A stretch of 64,000 nucleotides of DNA from Eledone cirrhosa (Eukaryota), in assembly GCA_964016885.1 (NCBI GenBank), contig OZ024741.1, positions 91,698,001 through 91,762,000 of the forward strand. Direction: 5' to 3'. Made by a program: the position numbers and the translations under genes. Below, piece by piece: positions 1 through 8,986 of the stretch (positions are counted from its first letter, which is position 1; each line of letters opens with the position of its first letter). The notes below the pieces were generated by a model. It searched no databases and had not been told where the DNA came from. It saw nothing but the letters and a program-made list of their open reading frames with translations.

Positions 1-1536
1 TATCCCCCTTGTTCGGATCCTTTCTCAGCAGTGCCACCGCTCCTCGGCTCACAGAACTGGGAATTCTCCCGTTCTGTTGCCAGTTGCAGTAGACGTCCGC
101 CAAGAGGCCTCCGAACAAGTCTGGCATCTGTACGTAAAGTTCATAGGGCAGACCATCCAAACCAGGCGATTTACCCCTTGTGCAGCCAGTCATTGCCTCC
201 CGTACTTCAGCGGCTATTATCGGCTTTTCACAACACTCAGCCTCAATGGCCGAGAGCCGCGACAGTCCGTCGAGGTAGACACTAAGGTCCATCCTTCGAT
301 CCGGCCCGCCGCTGCCTCCGAACAGCTGTGCGAAGGGTGGCTGAAAAGCTTCACACATTTGCCCGGGATCAAGTAGTATGCGCCCGTCGTGGTCCACCAA
401 AGCCGGATCGTGGCTTTGTTGCCACGACGCGCCTCCGCCACTCGGGCCCATTGAACGGCTTTCGTCCCCTCGGGTCTGAGAGCACGCACCCTAGCTCAGA
501 CAACGCAACCTTCGTGCTTTGCATTGAAGAATTGGTCAAGGGCCAATTTCGCCGCAAGTACGTCGGTCGCGATGCCTTTGCTAAGCCCCTCGTCTAATTT
601 TCTAACTAATTCTCCCTCTGCACTATTTTTCTCTATTGCTAAAGTCTTACTAAACCTAATGGACTCTAATCTAATTGCTCTTTTCAGAGCAAACCACCAC
701 TTGTTGTTGACGATGGCCCCCGCCAACTCCCGCTTAACTAGTTCGCTAATCCGGTCTCTGTAGGCCTTGCGCGCTGGTAAGGACGCGTTTAGCTTCCAGT
801 AGCCGGGTCCTCGTCTATGAAGCCTATCTAAGTCAAGCACACAGATCACGAATTTGTGGTCCGTGTAGCTGACTGTCTTGAATTATGGACAGCCTATGCT
901 AGACCTATCTATTTCCCTACAAAATACTCTATCTAGATATGATCTGGATGACTCTATGCGATTTGTCCAAGACCACATTGGCACATTCGGGAAATCCAAT
1001 CGGTACCTGTCAGACAGTTCAAAACGCCTGAGAAGGTTGGTGAGGCTCTTGCACCCTCCTCCCCTATCCGCTGATCCCACACAGTCCCAGCGGTCATCTA
1101 AGATCCCGTTCCAGTCGCCCATTAACACTAAAGAGCGGGACGTTCCTAGAAAGGTCTCCATACGCCGGAAGAAATCAGGCTGCCCTGCTCCTGTTGGGGC
1201 ATAGACGGCCACTAGCCTGAAAGCTTGCCCGTCTCTGCTGGTCACGTCCAGCACCACCAACTTACCTTCTGGGTCCAGGAAGATGGCGCGTATAGCGAGA
1301 TCCAAACCTCTCTGAAAAAGCACAGCAACTCCTCCCCCCGATCCCGGATGGCTGGGAGATTCGTACACATCGTAGCCGCCGAAGATCGGTGCGAAGGCAC
1401 GTGCTTCGGGGATTCTGGTCTCGCTGATGGCCACTTTATCTATGTTTAGTGACCTGAGGTCGTTGAGCATGTGGCCCTGCTTCCATGACGACCCCAAGCC
1501 ACGCGCATTTATGCTGCCTATTCTGAGTGAGGTCAT
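1..1536 (-). pseudogene. Tx1 ORF2 (APE + start of RT) with nonsense mutations
   Basis: MTSLRIGSINARG...GDWN...YLDRVF. Stops at 883-885 (CAA>TAA) and 496-498 (AGA>TGA) relative to the intact copies. Confidence 0.9.
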
Positions 1537-1570
1537 GTTGAAATGGAGTGGAAAAGATGGGAAAGACCAC

Positions 1571-3471
1571 TTACCTTACTTCTCGTAGAGGAAGGATGGT
1601 TTTTCCATCCTTTTCACAGCTTGTGGCCTCCTCCGGAAGGATGTCCTTATAAATCCTCCTGGAGAGTGTTTGTCGGAAGTCTCCGATGTCTTTGGGGAAT
1701 TTTTGTTTTGTGTCGTGTACGTTTTCTCTGTGATGCGAGTGATTTGTATGTGTGGAGGTGGTGTGAACTTTTGGGTTGTTGTGTAGTCTTTTTCTGTGAT
1801 GCTGGTGTTGTGTTGCATGTAGTGTACTAATTGGTTGTTGTTCAAATTTAATGCTGTGTAGTGTGTATCGTTTTGGTTGTTTTGTTTTGTTTGTGTTTGT
1901 TGTGGGTTTGTTTCTGTTTCGCTTTTTGGTGACTTTTGTGGTGTTGGTGATGGTGGTGTTGGGATTAATGATGGTGATGGTGTTGGTGTTTGTGGTCATG
2001 GTGTTGGTGATGCTGGTGTGGATGGTGGCATATCTGTCCTAACTTTTTTGTTTGATAGTTTATTTGTTTCCCTCTGTATTTTGTTTTTGGAGGGGGAGAA
2101 GAGAATTTTTTCTTTTTTGGTTTCTTTTTTTCTTTTTTCCTGATACCGTTTCCCACTCCTCGTCGTCACAATCTGTCTCCAGTTGTGATAGGCCGGGGAG
2201 TGGAAAATCCTCCACATGCGTTGGTTTTGGTTGTGGCGTGGTGGGTGGTGGTGGTGTTGGCTTTGCTACTGTTGCTGGGGTTGTTGCTGTTACAGTTGCT
2301 TCTGTTGTTGCTGCTACAGTTGTTGCTGCCATCTCTACTGCTGGTGGTGTTGATGGTTGAGTCACTGGGGTGGGTAGGACAGGTGGCCTCAACCTTTTAG
2401 CCTGAGGGCAGAAAGCCCTTAGGTGTGTTCCTTCACCACAAACGACACACCTAGGCCTTCTGTCCTCGACAATTACGATGAGGTAGCTGCCGTCAGTGAG
2501 GTCTATTACCTCTGGGATCTCCTCAATGCTTTTTTGGTCCGCTTGGATCAGGAGCTCCATCCAAGATCCGGACCAGTTCTCCTGCTTTTCTTTCACTATT
2601 TCGATTATCTTGGTGTTGTCTTCGATGCCGGCGAGGACGGCAGCTATTAGCCAGGGAATTTCGATGGCCGGTGGAACGTGGGTGACCCTGATCTTTACGA
2701 GTCTCTGGCCACAATAGCTTGGGACGAGTGTGAAGTCGTCACTTCTTAATGGGGCCATGGAGTGTTCTCTAGCCTCCTGTGGTGTTTCAAAGAACACGTC
2801 CACGGTTCCATATTTCTGCCCACGTCTGATGTGGGTTTTTTTTGCCCACACATGTCCCAAAACTTTTTGGATTTGGGACTCGGATGCCCGTTCCACTCGG
2901 CGCGATTTTATATTAATTGTTCGATAAGACACGGTGCATAGGCGCCGATGCTCCATTTTATTAGGGGGGGGTGAGGCTGACCCTGTACCCATCTTTCTTT
3001 ACCATTTGTTTGGCTTCTTCTAATTCCTCCTGAGTTACCTGAAATGCTTCGCACTGTTTTGCTAATCTGGCAAAACTCAGGGTGGTTTTCTTAATTTCAT
3101 TGTTGCAGTTGTTGTTATCGTTATTTTTGTTATTATTAATTTTAGTTTCAGTTGTTGGTGGTGGTGGCGTCACTGATGTTCGGTGTGGAAGAGTTCATTT
3201 TGGTTGAATTCATTTCGATATCACGAGTTAATTTATTTTTTTCTTTTGTTTCTGTTGTCGCGGTGATGGGGGGGGTTGTCGCGGTGGTGGTGATGGCGGC
3301 TTTAACACCTGCAGTCATTGGTAATGGCAGGAAATGAATATCTGCCTGAGGCAAATTTAAAATATTGCTACTGCTTATATTTTTAGTGTTGGCAAACGTA
3401 GTAATATTTACAATGGTGGTGTCGGTGTAAGGTGTTAGTTTGTGAGGAAGGAGTGACTCTGAGTCATCCAT
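1571..3471 (-). pseudogene. Tx1 ORF1 (nucleic-acid binding, CX2CX4HX4C), frameshifted
   Basis: Pieces 3148-3471, 2961-3173, 2060-2992 and 1571-1999 are collinear with ORF1 of family A; contains CVVCGEGTHLRAFC. Confidence 0.85.
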
Positions 3472-3685
3472 GATTTTTGAAAGAAAAATTTTTGTTTGAT
3501 AATTATAAAAGTTTAAATTTGGGGCTCAAGGCCCCAATCTTTTTGTGTGTCCTTTTCAGATAACAATGTATGTGCACTTATATACAGTTAACAATAAAAG
3601 TTTTCCATGAATGGCAATTTTAAACAACTGAAAATAACAAACCTTTGCGGAGCTCATGATGATACGATTTACTACGTAGCTCGCC

Positions 3686-3692
3686 AATAATA

Positions 3693-3785
<93 letters not shown>

Positions 3786-3795
3786 TAATAATAAT
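3686..3795. repeat. (AAT)n microsatellite, junction between Tx1-A' and the Dong leader
   Basis: Seen directly. Confidence 0.98.
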
Positions 3796-3991
3796 GTGTA
3801 TCATTTGTGAAATAACAACTCTTAGTACAAATGCTACGTAAAGCACCCGGCTTGAGCCCCAAAAATTCGGACCCAAAATATATTGTTATAAGGCTCAAAT
3901 ATTCAAATATTCAACTTTGTATTGTACACTGTATATCCAAAAAAGAAAATGGCTATAAATGGAAGAAGAACCCCCCCTCCTCTCCTCTGTC

Positions 3992-4128
3992 TACACTATA
4001 TAGAACAGCCAAACTCACCAACACCAGAAACTAGATACACTATATAGAACAGCCAAACTCACCAACACCAGAAACTAGATACACTATATAGAACAGCCAA
4101 ACTCACCAACACCAGAAACTAGATACAC
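3992..4128. repeat. 3 x 44-bp tandem repeat in the Dong leader
   Basis: TACACTATATAGAACAGCCAAACTCACCAACACCAGAAACTAGA at 3992, 4036 and 4080. Confidence 0.9.
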
Positions 4129-4835
4129 CACCCACCTCATCACCTGTGTACACTAAACACAACAGCCAGATAACGGCAATTTCACCACCACCGCTCACTA
4201 CTGCCATCATTACCACCACTATCCCATCACCGCCGCCACCACTCTTCACTCCTTCACTGACCACCACTGCCTCGGTATCGACATCACCACCACCACTGTC
4301 TCAGTATCGCTACCGCCGCCAGTCTTCCACTTCACCTAGCTGGCTGCTGCCACCACATTATAGAATTCCTACTACTAAAAAATAGGAAGGCATCAAAATA
4401 TATAGATAGACTCAAAAGAAAAAAGAAAAAACAAACAACAAAACCAAAGCAGCACAGCAACAACAGCAAAAAACGAGAAAAACAAACAGAGAAAAACAAA
4501 AACAAAAAAAAAACAAAAAACGTAAAGAAAATAAGAATGAAGAGAGAAGCAGGCGGACGGACAGAGAAGAGGGGGGAAAAACTAAAACTAAAAAAACAAA
4601 AACTAAGTCAGACATTCGAACACTACATTACAATGAAACTTATGCTTATTCATTTTTGGGGCCCTTTCTGCCTGTGTGTTTGTTTGTTTATGTGTGTTCG
4701 TATACAGCGTGGTGATAATGCCACACAAGGGCCAAGTGGAACGGCGAATCCACGGATGGTTATGTAACCATACATTCGCCAATCCTCGATAAGAGTGTTT
4801 AAATATCGAACATAAACAGTTCGAATAACGGTGAA

Positions 4836-7800
4836 ATGGAGACTAGAACGTCATGTGACAGACTCTCACCCAACAGGTGCCCCCTGGCTCAGCAGCAGGA
4901 ACCTGACTGTCAACCAAATACTGCTGATGTTGGAGGAAGAAGAAGAAGGAAAGGGGCCAGAACCAACTGGACGAAAGAATTGAATAGAACTGTTATGCAA
5001 TGTTACCTGAAAAGTAACCCCAAGGAGAGGGGCTACAGGAGACGGATGCATAACATCTGGAACGAGATTGGTCTATTTCAATTAGATGAACAAAAATTGG
5101 CCGGGCAGGCTCGGGTAATAAGAACTAATAGGTGGATAAGCGAGCTGGAACTGGAGGAACTGAGCAGAGAGAATGGCTTGGAGATGGCGGGTGTAGTATG
5201 CCAGACAAGCGAGCCAGTGGGAAATGAAGGTGAAGAGGTCCTGAGAACGGAGAAACCACCCGAAGCAGACAATGATCTGAAGACTGAGATAAATAATACC
5301 TGGAACAGAGATACGGCCACTGAGGAGATGAATGCTGACGGGCTAGGACAAGATTCGGTTGACATCCTAAATTTAGTGGTAGATGAATTGAACAATGATA
5401 GTGGGAGACCTATGAACCTAAGATTTGTAGACAGGAAAAAGTTAAAAGAAACAACAGCTAAGGTAAACAAAGTCATCCCATACCTTGAGACGAGGAGCCT
5501 TCACCAGTGCAACAATATCCTCAAAGCAACAGCAAATACGGTGAGGAAACTACTTGGTATAAAAGCGAGAGGAAACAACAGACAAGAAAGAGCAGAGCCG
5601 TGGTGGAAGAAACGACTGAGTGGTCAAATCGGGGAAATGAGAAATGACATAGGAAAGCTTGAGTCACTACTGAATGGGACACTAAAAAACATAGGCACTA
5701 AAGATAGACTGGAAATAAAGTACAAAACTAGGAGGAAAAAGCTAAATATTATCATAGAGGAACTGAAGCAACGCATTGTAGCAAAGAGTGCAAAAATCAG
5801 GCGATACGAGAACAGAGTCAGTCAGTATAAACAGAACCGCATGTTCGACAACAACCAAAAGATGCTGTTTGGACAGCTTGAGGGGAAAGAAAGAGGCAAC
5901 GACTTGATCCCTGGGGCGGAACAAACTAAAACATTCTGGAGAGGAATATGGGAGCAGGATGTTAGACACAATGCCCAGGCAGGGTGGATTGAGACAGTAC
6001 AGAGGGAGATCGGTGAGCAGGCACAACAACAAACTGATTTGAGTATCACAGTTGAAACTCTTAAGGGGCAGGCCAAAAACCTAACCAACTGGAAATCACC
6101 AGGCCCAGATGGTGTGCAGGGGTATTGGATTAAACATTTAACATCCCTCCACCCGAAGCTGACGGCCATGTTCAATGACTGCTTGGTGTCGGGTGAGGTG
6201 CCAGAGTGGTTGACAAAAGGTACCACAGTTCTGATAATGAAAGACCGAATCAAGGGTAATGATGTTACCAACTATAGACCTATCACATGTCTGTCCGTAA
6301 TGTGGAAACTGTTGACGAGCATTGTGTCTGAGGAAATCTACCATCACCTCCACACAAACAACTTGTTACCGGACGAACAGAAAGGATGCCGAAAGAAGTC
6401 ACGTGGTACAAATGACCAGTTACTTATTGATAATATGGTAATGGGGAATTGCAGGAGGAGACACACTCATCTTGCCATGGGATGGATAGACTACAGAAAG
6501 GCATTTGACATGGTGCCTCATTCTTGGATCACCAAAAGCCTGGAGATCTTCAGGGTGTCAGATAACATCAGACAGTTGCTGGGCAGGAGTATGGGGTACT
6601 GGGAGACAGAGTTGACATCAACTGGAGTATCCTTGGGAAGCGTGAAGATCAAGAGAGGTATCTTCCAGGGAGATAGCCTGTCCCCTCTGTTGTTTGTCCT
6701 TGCCCTGATGCCCTTGACCATTATGCTGCGAAAAGTGAGAGCAGGATACATGTTGGGAAAGGGAGAGCTTACCATCAATCACCTCCTCTTCATGGACGAT
6801 CTTAAGCTCTTCGGGAAAAGTGAGAAGGAGTTGGATGTGCTTGTTGACACTGTCCGTATTTTCAGCAGTGATATATGTATGCAGTTTGGTATTAGTAAAT
6901 GTAGAGTCATTGTGATGAGGAGGGGTAGGTTGAGCAGAAGTAACGGGATCCAGATACCAACAGGTGAGATGATAAAGGAAATTGACTCTGAGGAAAGATA
7001 CAAGTATTTGGGCGTTCTGGAGGCTGATGGCATAAAGAACAAAAAAATGAAGGAATTGTTAAGAACTGAATACATTCGGAGAGTAAGGAGCGTATTGAAG
7101 TCACATCTGAACAGCAGAAATGCCATAAGCGCAGTAAATTCCCGAGCTGTGTCTATTATTAGGTACAGTGCGGGAATTCTGAGATGGAATGTTGCTGAAC
7201 AAAAAGAAATGGATAGGAAGACTAGGAAGCTATTGACTATCTACAACATGTTCCACAAGAGGAGTGATGTCGATAGACTCTACCTAAGGATATCTGAGGG
7301 TGGAAGAGGTCTTATCAGCATAGAGGACTGTGTTCAGATGGAGAAAAACAACCTATACAAATACGTGACCTATAGTAAGGAGCCAATGCTCAGAACTGTA
7401 CTGAAGGAGGGGACAGTAGGCCAGGGGATGTCCAAGGAGGAAATAACATCAAGGAGGAAGAGCAGCCTTAAGGGAAAATCCCTTCATAGTACCTTCTTTG
7501 AGAAAACTGAATTTAGAGATCCACAGACATGGAACTGGTTGAGAAGAGGAGACCTCAAAAAGGCTACAGAAGGAATGCTAATGGCTGCGCAGGAGCAGGC
7601 CCTCAAAACAAAGTGGTTGAAGCACCATATTTACAAGGAGGAGGCTAGCCCACTGTGCAGGATCTGTGGAGAGAGTGAGGAGACTGTGGCTCACATTGTG
7701 TCCGAGTGTAAACACCTAGCCCAGACCCACTATAAGGGATGGAGACACGATGTGATGGACAGGGTGATCCACTGGCACCTGTGCAAAGTAAACAATTTAC

Positions 7801-8228
7801 CACATTCTGAGAAATGGTATGAGCATAGGCCAGAGGCGGTGATGGAGAACAATCAGGTGAAGGTGCTGTGGGATTTTAGGATACAGACGGACAAAAAACT
7901 GGAACACAATAGACCTGACCTGGTGGTTGTGGACAAAGAAAAAAGATCGTGTCTGATTGTGGATGTGGCCTGCCCTTTCGACATGAGAGTGCAAGAGAAG
8001 GAGAGGGAGAAAATTAACCGATACCAGGACCTAAAGTGGGAGGTGAAAAGGATTTGGAACTGCCATGAAGTCAAAGTGATCCCGATTGTCATAGGCGCAC
8101 TGGGGACTATCTCCAAAAGTTTCCAGGGATGGTTAAAGAAAATCGGCCCCTTCACGCTTTTTGGAACGCTTCAAAAGGCATGCTTGCTGGGAACAGCAAG
8201 AACCCTCCGATACGTCCTGAATATCTGA
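4836..8228 (+). CDS. R4/Dong-type polyprotein: N-terminal Myb-like region, reverse transcriptase, CCHC knuckle, PD-(D/E)xK restriction-like endonuclease
   Basis: RTNWTKELN; YRPIT; QGDSLSPLLF; LFMDDLKL; YKYLG; CRICGESEETVAHIVSEC; RHD; RPDLVVVD..IVDVACP..EKINRY. Confidence 0.95.
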   Translation: METRTSCDRLSPNRCPLAQQQEPDCQPNTADVGGRRRRKGARTNWTKELNRTVMQCYLKSNPKERGYRRRMHNIWNEIGLFQLDEQKLAGQARVIRTNRWISELELEELSRENGLEMAGVVCQTSEPVGNEGEEVLRTEKPPEADNDLKTEINNTWNRDTATEEMNADGLGQDSVDILNLVVDELNNDSGRPMNLRFVDRKKLKETTAKVNKVIPYLETRSLHQCNNILKATANTVRKLLGIKARGNNRQERAEPWWKKRLSGQIGEMRNDIGKLESLLNGTLKNIGTKDRLEIKYKTRRKKLNIIIEELKQRIVAKSAKIRRYENRVSQYKQNRMFDNNQKMLFGQLEGKERGNDLIPGAEQTKTFWRGIWEQDVRHNAQAGWIETVQREIGEQAQQQTDLSITVETLKGQAKNLTNWKSPGPDGVQGYWIKHLTSLHPKLTAMFNDCLVSGEVPEWLTKGTTVLIMKDRIKGNDVTNYRPITCLSVMWKLLTSIVSEEIYHHLHTNNLLPDEQKGCRKKSRGTNDQLLIDNMVMGNCRRRHTHLAMGWIDYRKAFDMVPHSWITKSLEIFRVSDNIRQLLGRSMGYWETELTSTGVSLGSVKIKRGIFQGDSLSPLLFVLALMPLTIMLRKVRAGYMLGKGELTINHLLFMDDLKLFGKSEKELDVLVDTVRIFSSDICMQFGISKCRVIVMRRGRLSRSNGIQIPTGEMIKEIDSEERYKYLGVLEADGIKNKKMKELLRTEYIRRVRSVLKSHLNSRNAISAVNSRAVSIIRYSAGILRWNVAEQKEMDRKTRKLLTIYNMFHKRSDVDRLYLRISEGGRGLISIEDCVQMEKNNLYKYVTYSKEPMLRTVLKEGTVGQGMSKEEITSRRKSSLKGKSLHSTFFEKTEFRDPQTWNWLRRGDLKKATEGMLMAAQEQALKTKWLKHHIYKEEASPLCRICGESEETVAHIVSECKHLAQTHYKGWRHDVMDRVIHWHLCKVNNLPHSEKWYEHRPEAVMENNQVKVLWDFRIQTDKKLEHNRPDLVVVDKEKRSCLIVDVACPFDMRVQEKEREKINRYQDLKWEVKRIWNCHEVKVIPIVIGALGTISKSFQGWLKKIGPFTLFGTLQKACLLGTARTLRYVLNI

Positions 8229-8326
8229 GGCTGCAGGTAGTGGCTTGATATTCATTCCAACGGACTTTCCAGTTAACCAACATCAATGACTGAGATTCAA
8301 GGAATAACAACAATAATAATAATAAT

Positions 8327-8702
8327 GATTTCTTTATTAACCACAAGGGTTTACATAAAGTAGACATTAAGGACAGTACAGGACAATACAGGACGGTGCA
8401 AATGGGCATTACTGCGTGTAAAAAAAACAGAGGATGCAATAAAAAAAATAACAATGAAAGATTCCCCAATAGGGGGGGGGGAGACTTCCGAGGCACATTT
8501 GTGGAGAAAGCACATTAAAAGGCCACAGTGACCCTGACCACTAGGGCAAGTGCCCTCTCCCAGTTTTCCACCATTAATTTACAGACACATACTCAGAGTA
8601 GACCCATTCACTCGGGCCATACTTGCTTCTCTCACCCATCTTTCAACAAAATGCTGGGAAGAGAGCACTTCCCTCTCTACCCTGATTTTCCTTTTCAAAT
8701 GA

Positions 8703-8705
<3 letters not shown>
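8327..8705 (-). mobile_element. 5'-truncated Tx1 family-A copy (3'UTR + last ~40 codons of ORF2)
   Basis: Matches 8736-9113; flanked on both sides by (AAT)n. Confidence 0.92.
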
Positions 8706-8737
<32 letters not shown>

Positions 8738-8986
8738 TTTCTTTATTAACCACAAGGGTTTACATAAAGTAGACATTAAGGACAGTGCAGGACAATGCAG
8801 GACGGTACAAATGGGCATTTCTGCGTGTAAAAAAACAAAAACAGAGGATGTAACAAAAAATAACAATGAAAAATTCCCCAATAGGGGGCAGACTTCGGAG
8901 GGACATTTGTGGAGAAAGCCCAGTAAAAAGCCACAATGACCCTGACCACCAAGGCAAGTGCCCTCTCCCAGTTTTCCACCTTTAAT

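Larger units (their letters stand above)
1..3685 (-). mobile_element. Tx1-like non-LTR retrotransposon, variant A' (family-A ORF2, divergent ORF1/5'UTR), disrupted, runs off the left edge
   Basis: ORF2 DNA is nearly identical to 8987-12406. ORF1 has a CCHC knuckle. The 5' end abuts (AAT)n at 3686. Confidence 0.9.
3796..8326 (+). mobile_element. Dong/R4-clade non-LTR retrotransposon, family 1, copy 1 (leader + intact ORF + 3'UTR + (TAA)n tail)
   Basis: Single 1130-aa ORF, short 3'UTR, AAT tail. The leader is shared with 47756 and 52688; the 5' boundary is uncertain. Confidence 0.85.

Noticed and set aside
3992-4128. 44-bp repeats as a CRISPR array
   Set aside because: Head-to-tail with no spacers, no cas genes, eukaryotic context.
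4700-4835. HDV-like ribozyme in the Dong 5'UTR
   Set aside because: Could not place P3/L3/P1.1 or the catalytic J4/2; reported as an unclassified fold instead.
4836-8228. Group II intron, retron or other prokaryotic RT system
   Set aside because: The CCHC + PD-(D/E)xK C-terminus, 5' truncations and simple-repeat tails identify non-LTR retrotransposons.
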